In this document: one piece after another, positions 32,301 through 43,717 of the stretch
Numbering within the stretch: position 1 is the first letter of the stretch
Layout: every line of letters starts with the position of its first letter
DNA from: the human T2T-CHM13v2.0 reference genome, Homo sapiens
Assembly: GCF_009914755.1 (NCBI RefSeq)
Contig: NC_060938.1
Direction: 5' to 3' (one strand)
Length of the DNA: 64,000 nt
Position numbers and translations under genes: made by a program
The notes under the pieces: generated by a model
What the model was told of the DNA's origin: nothing
Databases searched by the model: none
Seen by the model: the letters and a program-made list of their open reading frames with translations, nothing else

Positions 32301-34200
32301 CCACAGCCCTGGACGATGTGGCTTCTGTGGACGACAAAAGCCCCGGACATTACCTGGGGTATGCTGAAGAGGACAACTCAGGAGGCTGAATGAATCCCGC
32401 TCCAGACACAGACACCATTCACTTCAGATAATTTGTTCCTTGCTATGCTGTCTGTTGTACATTGCAATTCACATAGGGTATTGCTCCTTTTTAGGCCCTT
32501 GCTTTGTCTGCAACCTGTACCTGCTACACTCTATTGGGCTCATATCTTAGATCCGCCTTTCTTTAGTCCTGTCACCTAGGCAGACACCCCCTTCCCAGGC
32601 TTTAATAACGTGACAGCTTGGCTAGGAGGGATAGATTTACCCCCAGTGGGGTCCCTCATTAATGGCACACATTGGACTAAGATGCCAGATAACAATAAGT
32701 ATCACTCCAATATCCTCCCACTATGTGTTAAGTTATAAAGGTTCTAACCCTTACTGTGTACCTGCTCAAACACAATTATGGCTACATCATGGCAAAAGAA
32801 ATGCCTTAACAGTCTTAGCTGCAGGTAGCCTCAAACCGGGTAATTCAATCAGTGTTGCTTTCCCAAACATTCCTTCCTGTGCTAAAGAACAAAGCCAGGA
32901 AAGTAATGAATTCCACTTTAGCTGGGAGGTCTGTCACAGGGGACAAGCCTGTAGCCTCCAGTTAGGCAATTATAACACCTTAGACTGGAACCCTCATGGC
33001 CATTTGCAGGACAGCCTTACTGATGTCCACATCCATCATGGCATCAATCACAGTTTCATAGCCTTGTTCCATCCCCCTGTGATTTGGGCCAATGGGGGGA
33101 TGGGATATCCCAGACCCCAAGTAAAGTCCATCCCACTTCAAGACACTTTATGGTGACTGGGACATCTTAGTACTTCCTTTGACACCTGGCATGGGACATA
33201 TCATAATTCCAGTAACAACTATACTATAACCTTTATTCATAATCACACTGATCAGTGCCTAATTTGCACTACCCATCCATATGTTTTCCTTATGGGAACT
33301 AATATTTCCATTACACCCAAAACTCTGCATTTGTGACCCAGGTGCAGGAACAGGCTTGGTTTGTCTCATGTATCACTAATTATAATATATCTAATTTAAA
33401 TATTACTAGTGCCATGGTATTAAGGAGACAATCTGAGGCATTCCTATCAGTCAATTTGACACACGACTGGCAAGGTTCCTCTGCCCTTGCCACCTTAGAA
33501 TGTACCCTATCCCAGGTCAGACCCAAAAGATTCATAGGCACACTTACAGCCTTTATAGTCTCAGCCATAGTTATCCTAGCAACTGCTAGTGTGGCTGTAG
33601 CATCTATTACTGAAACAGTACAAATGCTGTTTTTGTAGATAATTTGGCCAAAAATGTGTCTAATGAACTTCTCTTACAGCAGGGTACAGATCAAAAGATT
33701 CCTGCAAGTCTGCAAGCCCTTGAGGCTGTCTTGGAATATGTGGGGGAGTGACAAGATGCACTGGCATTCTGTCAACAATTAAACTGCGACTGGGAGCATA
33801 AACATATCTATGTCAGTTCTCTACCATGGAATCGATCAATGCATAGTTGGGATGAGGTGAAACAATACCCCTGGGGAACCTTTCATTACAACTTAACAGC
33901 AGACGTAAAGCAACTTACAACTGAAATTTTAGAATCCCTTCACACGATACATCTACACACCCAACAAACAGCCATATGGAAGAGCAGGCAAGATCATCTC
34001 TCCTGGTTAGACCCCTGCTCCTGGGGGTCACTCTTTGACTGGAAAAGAATGTTGCTAATTATACTCATGATTGTCTTATGTTATTTGCTAATTCTAGGAT
34101 ACAAAGCTGGAATAAGAGGAATGACCACTTCGTCTGACAGACCTGTTGCTGCACACATCTGTACCCTTCGGTCAACAGAACCCGATGCAAAGAACAGAAA
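32245..34200 (+). pseudogene. env: env, disrupted
   Basis: Betaretroviral signal-peptide-like ITWGMLKRTTQEA…PFTSDNLFLAMLSVV, furin site RPKR|FIGTLTAFIVSAIVILATASVA, and TM anchor RMLLIILMIVLCYLLILG. Confidence 0.85.
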
Positions 34201-34209
34201 AGGGAGAGA

Positions 34210-35280
34210 TGTGGGAGTTCAGACAGGCTGGTGGCGTGTCCAGAATTTATTCCTTCCGGTGGGTTCTTGGTCTCGCTGACTTCAAGAATGAAGCCGCAAA
34301 CCTTTGCTGTGAGTGTTACAGCTCTTAAAGGTGGTGTGGACCCAAAGAGTGAGCAGCAGCAAGATTTATTGTGAAGAGCAAAAGAACAAAGCTTCCACAG
34401 CATGGAAGGGGACCTGAGTGGGCTGCCGCTGCAGGCTGGGATAGCCAGTTTTTATTCCCTTATTTGTCCCCACCCACATCCCGCTGATTGGTCCATTTTA
34501 TAGAGTGCTGATTGGTGCGTTTACAATCCTTTAGCTAGACACAGAGCGCTGATTGGTGACTTTTTACAGAGTGCCGATTGGTGCATTTACAATCCTTTAG
34601 CTAGACACAGAGCGCTGATTGGTGCGTTTTTACAGAGTGCTGATTGGTGCGTTTACAATCCTTTAGCTAGACACAGAGTGCTGATTGGTGCATTTTTACA
34701 GGGTGCTGATTGGTGCATTTACAATCCTTTAGCTAGATAGAAAAGTTCTCCAAGTCCGTACCCTACCCAGGAAGTCCAGCTGGCTTCACCTCTCAGTGGG
34801 AAAAATTTTAAAGATAGTTATAAGAAAAAGACACAAACCTTCTTGGAAGGCTGGTTGGGGGTTGGTTTGCATAAGCTCCAGTAATAGATCAGGCTGAAGG
34901 CAGCCTAATCCTTACCTTGAGTTAATAGTTTAGGGCACAGATACAAAGGAATGTAGAGCAATTTATCTAAATAGCTTCTTTACTCATGTGGTCCTAAAAC
35001 CAACCTTTGATCAACCACAGGTGCATAATTGCTTCTACTCTGGAGGTGGGCAGTGTCAATTACCCTCTAGTGGTGTTTACTCAAGACCTTTGTCATTTAA
35101 TCTATACTGAATAAATGTGAGCTTTGCTGGCTGATTGGGGCCACAGCTGCAACTCTACAGCACCCTCCTTGGTGTCTGTAGGTGGCCTGGACCCTCAGCT
35201 GGACTGACAGGCAAAATATCTGTCTCAGTGTATGTTATTCATCCATCATTGGGTCAGGGTCTGCAGGACAGACCCCCACA
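34210..35280 (+). mobile_element. 3' LTR (LTR22-type) preceded by PPT aaaagggagaga (34198-34209), split by LTR12F
   Basis: 34210-34234 joined to 34796-35280 reconstitutes a copy of the 5' LTR. Confidence 0.92.
34235..34795 (-). mobile_element. ERV9-family solo LTR (LTR12F-like)
   Basis: Minus strand starts TGAGAGGTGAAGCCAGCTGGACTTCC. Eight tandem GATTGG (CCAAT) motifs at ~34482-34715. 4-bp TSD gtgg. Confidence 0.92.
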
Positions 35281-38200
35281 TTAACTCATTCAGCATTAAC
35301 TCAAAAGTCCAAGTCCAAAGTCTCATCTGAGACAAGGCAAGTCCCTTTAACCTATGAGTCTGTAAAATCAAATACAAGTTAGTTACTTCCAAGATACAGT
35401 GGAGGTACAAGCGTTGGAAAAATGCTTCCATTCCAAATGGGAAAAATTAGCCAAAACAAAGGAGCTACAGGCCCCACGCAAGTCTGAAATCCAGCGGGGG
35501 GGCAGTCATTACAACTTAAAGCTCCTAAAAAATCTCTGTTGACTTCATGTCTCACATCCAGGGCATGCTGATGCAAGTGGTAGGCTCCCACAGTCTTGGG
35601 CAGCTCCACCCCTGTGGAATATACAGCCCCCCTCCCAGTTACTTTGATGGGCTGGCATTGAGTGTCTGTGGCTTATCCAGGTGCACAGTGCAAGCTGTCA
35701 GTGAATCTACCATTCTGGGGCCTGAGGGACTGTGGCCCTCTTCTCACAGCTCCACTAAGCAGTGCCCCAGTGGGGACACTGTGTGGGTGCTCCGACCCCA
35801 CGTTTCCCTTTCCACACTGCCCTAGCAGAGGTTTACCATGAGGGCTCAACCCCTGCAGCAAACTTCTGCCTGGACTTCTGTAGCAGGTGTTTTCATACAT
35901 CCTCTGAAATCTAGGCAGAAGTTCCAAAACTTCAATTCCTGACTTCTGTGCACCTGCAGGCCCAACACCATGTGGAAGCTGCCAAGTCTTGGGGGTTGCA
36001 CTCTCTGAAGCAACAGCCTGAGGTGTACATTGTCCCCTTCTAGCCACGGCTGGGATGCAGGGCACCAAGTCCCAAGACTGTACAAAGTAGCAAGGTGCTG
36101 GGCCCAGCCCATGAAATCATTTTTCCCACTAGGACTCCAGGCCTGTGATGGGAGGGGCTGCTGTGAAGGTCTCTGACATGCCCTGGAGACATTTTTTCCC
36201 CATTGTCTTGGCAATTCACATTTGGCTCCTAGTTACTTATGCAAATTACTACAGCAGGCTTGAATTTCTCCCCAGAAAATGGGTTTTTCTTTTCTATCTC
36301 ATTGTCAGGTTGCAAATTTTCCAAACTGTTATGCTCTGCTTCCATTTTAAACATAAGTTCCAATTTCAGATCATCTCTCTCAAGTTCAAAGTTCCACAGA
36401 TCTCTAGGGCAGGGGCGAAACGCTGCCAATCTCTTTGCTAAAGCATAGCAAGGGTCACCTTTGCTCCAGTTCCCAATAAGTTCCTCATCTCCATCTGAGA
36501 CCACCTCAGCCTGGACTTCATTGTCCATATTACTATCAGTATTTTGTCAAAATCATTCAACAAGTCTCTAGGAAGTTCCAAACTTTCCCACATCTTCCTG
36601 TCTTCTTCTGAGCCCTCCAAACTGTTCCAACCTCTGTCTGCTACCCAATTCCAAAGTCGCTTCCACATTTTCCAGTATCTTTATAGCAGTGCCCCATTCG
36701 TAGTACCAACTTACTGTATTAGTCCATTCTCACACTTCTATAAAGATACTATCCAAGACTAGGTAATTTATAAAGAAAAGAGGTTTAATTGACTCACAGT
36801 TCCACATGGCTGGGCAGGCCTCAGGAAACTTACAATCATGGCAGAAGGAGAAGCAAACACCTTCTTCACAAGGCAGCAGGAGAGAGTGTGCATGTGTAAG
36901 CACAAAAAAACCTGCCATTTATAAAACCATCAGATCTTGTGAGAATTCACTCACTATCATGAGAACAACATGGGGGATGTTGCTTCCATAATCCAATCAC
37001 TTCCCTTTCCCTTCCTTGAAACGTGGGAATTACAGGTTCCCCACTTGACATGTGTGGATTACAATTTGAGATGAAATTTGGGTGGGGACATAGAGCCATA
37101 CCATATCAATTCTCTAATCCCTGGAACCTGTAAATGTTAACTTATTTGAAAAAAAGGATCTTTGTAGGTATGATTAAGTTAAGGATCTTGAGATTCAGGG
37201 CATTATCTTGGATTATCTGTCTGGACCCTAAATAGCATCATAAATGTCCTTGTAAGAGGGGGATCTGACACACAGAGAAGAGTAGAAGGCCATGTGACCA
37301 CAGAGGCAGAGATTGGAGTAACGCAGCCATAAACCGAAGCTGGCAGCCACCAGAACTTGGAAGAGGCAAGAGATCGATTCTTCTGTGGAGGTGATACCTT
37401 CATTTCTGTTTGGTGAAACTGATTTTGGACTTCTGGCCTCCAGAACTGTGACAGAATACATTTCTGTGTTTTAACTCATCTAGTTTGTAATTTGTTTCAG
37501 AGGCCACAGGATGACTAATACAGTACATTGTTTATGACTGTGGATTCTCTTCTCACAGGCCTATATCACCCAAACCTGAAAAGGGAAAGAAGGATGTGAA
37601 GAAAATAATATAGGAGGAAGAAGAATGAAGAAACAGCGGGCAAGAAAAAGAAGAAGACTAGAAAGAGAAGATGAAGCAGGATAAAGTGGAGGAGAAATCG
37701 CTTTACTGAATGGTAGGTCATATACAAATTATACTGGGGAAAAGTGAAATTTGGCCCCTAAATTCCACATCTACCTACACGGTGAACATTGAGGGTATGC
37801 CTAGGTCCTAAGAGGAATTTGTCTTCAATAATCTTCATGAATCATTTAAGAGTTTTAATGGTAACTAATGAGAAAAATTTCAGTAAGCTATATTAAAACT
37901 GTTAAATGATTTATTTAACAGTTTTGGTCAAAACAGTGACCCCCTTATTCATCAAGCACTTAGGGTTGATTTGGCAACACTAAACATCCTTTAAGATTCT
38001 GTTCATAACCTACTTCCTCTATAAAATCTTCTTTGACCTCTGCTCTTTCCATTTTCTGAATTTGTGTTCCACGTACAGGAAGTATGTCTGTTACTTCTGC
38101 TCTTCCAACAACAACAACAACAACAAAAAGCCCAAGGATGCTGCTAAATATCTTAAAAGGTACAAGCAAATAGTTATGATAGTTTTATATCTCCTCCAGC

Positions 38201-38886
38201 AGTCTGCACGGCGAAGGACTATAATAGAGTCCTTGTGGTGACTGACGGATTAACCACTATTCTGAGGCCAATAATACAGATGGCCTCATCTGTTTCATCT
38301 TCTATCTTCTACCTGTGTATCATATTGTGCAATGGTGATTGATATTGAGAATTATATCCCTGAGGCTTGCCAGGTCTAAATCAGAAAAAATAGACTGATA
38401 AAATTCATTGTCTTGCTAGTTGAGAAAATCTACTCATACATTTTAGGAAGATTTCCAACTGGAAGAATTGAAGCCAGAATGCATTTCTCATCATCCTAAT
38501 TTAATGCAATTAACTGCAACCCTCAAGTCCCAAGTATTCAAAGCATCAGAAGAATTGCTTTATTAACCAAAGATTCATAGGTTTAGCCTATAAATATACC
38601 TGAAGGTACCTACTTTCTGTTATTTATTTCCCACTGTGTGGTAAGTCTTAGCATAAATGTGGTATAAAACAAGCTTATTTTTCAGTTGATTATACATTAC
38701 TGGCTTAAAATTGCCCAGAGGAAAGTCTTCATTCATGGGCTTGTTTATATTTTTTATATTGCTCATTTATATCCAGTGTAACTGAAATTGAAGTTCAGTT
38801 CTGTAAACTATCCCACAGTAAGTACTCAGATAACTGCCCACATGCAAAACATTAGGTACACACAGGGCTAAAGAATTTAGTCAAGA

Positions 38887-39185
<299 letters not shown>

Positions 39186-40759
39186 TCAAGGACATACAAC
39201 TGTTCGTAAGAATCCTTCATGATTTTACATTTAATGTTTATTTATTTTTTTATTTTTTAAGCATAAAAAAACCAAAGGCACATTGTTGGCATTCCTATCA
39301 CGTCAAAACAATGAATATAAACCACATCATACAATTAAGAATCAGAAATATAGAGAATGGGAATAAATTAACCAAGGAACTCATTAATACACCTCCAAAC
39401 AGAAAACTAGGACCTAAAATAATGTAAACCTTAGTGAAACAACAGCTGCTCTTATGAAAATCCATATATTCTAATAGTACAGTATTACTGCCTTTCCTAC
39501 CTTGGAAAAATTACATTATAGTTATGTGGCCCATATTAAGGTTTCTTTGGGCTTTTATAAGTATAAAAGCATTTCAAAAGGATAAGCTTTTGAAACTGGA
39601 CATTTAGCTATCCACTAAGTCAAGTCCCTTGAGAAAAAGTTCCATTTTTTTCCTCTGGCTCTTTTAGAATGTTCCAAAAGAATGATTCAGAGAAACCATA
39701 AATAAAAGAATTATGAACAAAGTCTTAAAATGTAAAGCACCTCCCCGTGTTATCTATACATCTAAACCACGATGCAGTCATGTCAGTCACCTGTCCCATG
39801 CATTTCTATTTTGATGACCTGAATTAGGCCTGAATAATGAGTGGAACTAAAAGGCCCACACACCATGGAAAGCTTAGCGAGTTCTAAGGAGGGGGAAAGG
39901 TCCTTGCTTTGGCTGATTTTACCAGATTCCTTTTTTCTACTTTCCAAAATGAATCCAGTAGGTTGTAGTCTGTTTTTCTGTCTGTTAATGATAGCGTGCT
40001 TAAAGTTCTACTAGCATTTTCTGGAACTCTTTAACCTCACTGTCGTCCTGAGAGAACTCTGCCCCTGAAGGGGAAAATAATTTTTCTTCACCCAGGGCCT
40101 TTTTCCTTGTATTAATATTAACATCCCATGAGAATATTAGCTCTGGAGGAAAGAATTTGGTGGCAAAATTCCATATTTACTCATGAAATCCACCCCCAAC
40201 TTCCACTCACACATTTTAATAGGACACTCAAAAGAAAAGCTCCCCATTCCTCCCTCTCTTCCTGGATACTTCCCTTCAGCTTTATCTGACACCCACAGTT
40301 TTTTCCCCCCTTTTTTCTGCTTGAATCAATAAACACTTTTTACTAGCAGAGCGTTCTTTCAGTAGTGTATACCCTGTATTTGATAGGGCAGAAAAGTATT
40401 TAAATTTTTAAAAAATCACTTGGCACTGGCTGGAGTGTAGAAACAGAAAATGGAGTCAGTTATTGCTTAAGCCCCCAGCATCTAATCCCACCTGGCTGCT
40501 CTTTGTTCCCTCTCTTGGGTTGCAGAGAAGATAGGCATAGCAAAAACCTGATGCACCATCATGGCTCCACGAGATTTAAGCAGTGTAGTGTGGTTGACAG
40601 CAGCCTTCCAGCCTTCCTTTCCTGGAAATGCTATTTAAAACACCCTCTATGAGAGACAGAAAAAAACTCATTGGTGTCATTGATTCTTTAAAATAATTTT
40701 TAAATGACACTTTGCATATGTAGCTGAGTGACAAAACATACGGATTCTGAAGCAACATA

Positions 40760-41445
40760 TACTGTCTGCATTCAAATTTGGGCCCCATGCTTACCAGTAT
40801 GTGATCTTGGGTAAGTTACTCAATCCCACTGTCCTGCAATTTCCTCATATAAGATACATTCTTGAATGAAAATGATAATAATACTAACCTCATAGGGTTG
40901 TTGTGAGGATTGAGTTAAAATATTTAAAGCTCTTCCGAATACTGTTTGCATATAGCAGATGATACACGTTAGGTACAGAGTATCAACATCCCCTTCTCTG
41001 ATACATAGGTAGATTTGAAGATATGCTTATAACAATATATCTCTTTCTATGTATCTGAACTGGCATTCAGTAAATATTTGTTAAATTAATGCAATCTAAC
41101 AGAATAAATATGCTAATTCCAGAGTCCAGTTAGCTTTGTCACTCATTGTTCAACAGCTTCTGTGATTTGTTGCTGATTAATAAATAGAGATAGAACCTCA
41201 GAGTTTATGGATGAAGTGGATCAGGCCTAGATAGTAAGAAACATTTATGATGAGCCTGTGTGTGCCAGGTTCTGAGGTTGACACTTTTCATGAGCCATTA
41301 CATGTAAGTCTCCTAACAGCTCTTTTAAGGCAGATGCAATTCATTCCTTTATAGAAATAAGAAAAATGAAGCTCAGAAATGTTAAGTAAATTACCCCAAA
41401 TCGCACAATTAGTAAGTTGTGCAAGAGGTAGGATTCTAATCTTAT
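40760..41445. mobile_element. MIR fragments (~40760-40960 + and ~41230-41445 -)
   Basis: tgtgatcttgggtaagttact…cctcatagggttgttgtgaggatt, and gaagctcagaaatgttaagtaaattacccca. Confidence 0.65.
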
Positions 41446-41554
41446 GCTATTTTTAAGCAAAATATAACATGTAAAAAGGAGGTGGAGGGTGGATTATGCA
41501 AGTAAAATGATTTTACAGACAGTTCATTATTGAATAAAACATTGAAAAACAAGG

Positions 41555-43717
41555 GTATTTTCAAACTGCTGATGAAGACACACCTGAAACTGGGAACAAA
41601 AAGAGGTTTAATTGGACTCGTAGTTCCACATGGCTGGAGAGGCCTCAGAATCATGGTGGGAGGTGAAAGGCACTTCTTACATGGTAGCAGCAAGAGAAAA
41701 ATAAGAAGAAGCAAAAGCGGAAACCCCTGATAAACCCATTCCAATCTCATGAGACTTATTCACTATCATGAGAATATCACGGGAAAGATAGGCCCCCATG
41801 ATTGAATTACCTTCCACTGGGTCCCTCCCACAACATGTGGGAATTCTGGGAGGTAGAATACAAGTTGAGATTTTGGTGGGGACACAGCCAAACCGTATCA
41901 TTCTGCCCCTGGTCCCTCCAAACCTAACACCCTCACATTTCAAAACCAATCATGCTTTCCCAACAGTCCCTGAAAGTCTTAACTCATTTCAGCATTAACC
42001 CAAAAGTCCACAGTCCAAAGTCTCATCTGACATAAGGTAAGCCCCTTACACGTATGAGCCTGTAAAATTAAAAGGAAGCTAGTTACTTCCTAGATACAAT
42101 AGGAGTTCAGGTATTGGGTAAATACAGCCATTGCAAGTCTTAAATCCAGTGGGGCAGTCAAATGTTAAAGCTCCAAAATGATCTCCTTTGACTCCAGGTC
42201 TCACATCCAGGTCATGCTGATGCAAGAGGTGTGTTGCCATGGTCTTGGGCAGCTCCACTCTGTGGCTTTGCAGGGTACAGCCTCCCTCCTGGCTGCTTTC
42301 ATGGGCTGGTGTTGAGTGTCTGTGGCTTTTCCAGGCACACGGTGCAAGCTGTTGGTGAAATCTATTATTCTGGATTCTGGAGGATGGTGGCCCTCTTCTC
42401 ACAGCTCCACTGGACAGTGCCCCAGTAAGGACTCTGTGTGGGGGCTCTGACCCCACATTTCTCTTCTGCACTGCCCTAGCAGAGGTTCTCCATGAGAACC
42501 TTGCCCCTGCAGCAAACTTTTGCCTGGGCATCCAGGTGTTTCCATACATCTTCTGAAATCTAGGCAGAGGTTCTCAAACCTCAATTCCTGACTTCTATGT
42601 ACCCGCAGGCTCAACACCACGTGGAAGCTGCCAAGGCTTGGGGCTTCCACCCTCTGAAGCCATAGCCCAACCCGTACACTGGCCCCTTTCAGCCATGGCT
42701 GGAGTGGCTGAGACCCAGGGCATCAAGTCCCTAGGCTGCATACAACAAAGGGACCCTGGACCTGGCCCAGGAAACCATATTTTCCTCCTGGGCCTGCAGG
42801 CCTGTGATGGGAGGGGCTGCCGAGAAGGTCTCTGACATGGCCTGGAGATATTTTCCCCAGAAAATAGGTTTTTCTTTTCTATTGCATAGTAAGGCTGCAA
42901 ATTTTCCAAACTTCATGCTCTGCTTCCCTTATAAAACTGCATGACTTTAACAGTACCCAAGTCACCTCTTGAATGCTTTGCTGCTTAGAAATTTCTTCTG
43001 CCAGATATCCTAAATCATCCTTCTCAAGTTCAAAGTTCCACAGATCTCTAGGACAGGGGCAAAATGCAGCCAGTCTCTTTGCTGAAACATAACAAGCGTC
43101 ACCTTTACTCCAGTTCCCAAAAAGTTCCTCATCTTCACCTGAGACCACCTCAGCCTGGACCTTTATTGTTCAAATTGCTATCATCATTTTGGGCAAAGCC
43201 ATTCAACATGTCTCTAGGAAGTTCTAAACTTTCCCACATTTTCCTGTTTCCTTCTGAGCCCTCCAAACTGTTCCAACCTCTGCCTGTTACCCAGTTCCAA
43301 AGTCGCTTCCACATTTTCGGGTATGTTTTCAGCAACTCCCCACTCTGCTGGTAACAATTTACTGTATTAGCCCATTTTCATGCTGCTGCTAAAGACATAC
43401 CCGAGACAGGGAAGAAAAAGAGGTTTAACTGGACTTACAGTTCTGCATGGCTGGGGAGGCCTCAGAATCATGGCAGGAGGCAAAAGGCACTTCTTACATG
43501 GCAGCAGCAAGAGAAAAATGAGAAAGAAGCAAAAGCAGAAACCTCTGATAAACCCATTAGCTCTCGTAAGGCTTATTCGCTATCAGAAGAACAGCATGGG
43601 AAAGACCGGCCCCCATGGTTGAATTACCTCTCCCTGGGTCCCTCCTACAACATGTGGCAGTTCTCAGAGATACAATTCAAGTTAAGATTTCAGTGGGGAC
43701 ACAGCCAAACCATGTCA
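41555..43717 (-). mobile_element. Full-length THE1 (THE1A-like): LTR 41555-41900, internal, LTR 43363-43717
   Basis: Paired LTRs. TSD caagg at 41550-41554 and 43718-43722. MaLR internal ORF remnants at 42879-43335. Small internal deletions. Confidence 0.92.

Larger units (their letters stand above)
26615..35280 (+). mobile_element. Near full-length betaretrovirus-like provirus, HERV-K(HML-5)/HERVK22 with LTR22-type LTRs
   Basis: LTR-PBS-gag-dUTPase/pro-pol-env-PPT-LTR order. 6-bp TSD ttagct (26609-26614) / ttaact (35281-35286). LTR start tgtgggagttcagtcaggctggtgggaaaaat. Met-type PBS. Confidence 0.9.
26143..37108 (-). mobile_element. Full-length MaLR (THE1D/MSTA-like): LTR 26143-26527, internal 26528-26614 and 35281-36714, LTR 36715-37108
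   Basis: Paired LTRs tgtattagtccattctcacac…catatca. TSD attcc/attct. Minus-strand MaLR internal ORF remnants at 36229-36668. Confidence 0.92.
26104..37522 (+). mobile_element. MLT1B/C-like LTR split in two (26104-26142 and 37109-37522) by the nested stack
   Basis: The right part is clear MLT1 (taatccctggaacctgtaaatg…gacttctggcctccagaactgtga…ctaataca). The short left part (tatagtgggcttaataacag…) fits the missing LTR start. Confidence 0.72.

Noticed and set aside
32662-34279. Co-opted (syncytin-like) env
   Set aside because: Env is split into short ORFs by many stops and frameshifts.
34482-34740. Regularly spaced repeats resembling a CRISPR-like array
   Set aside because: These are the internal tandem CCAAT repeats of LTR12. 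The spacers are not unique and the context is eukaryotic.
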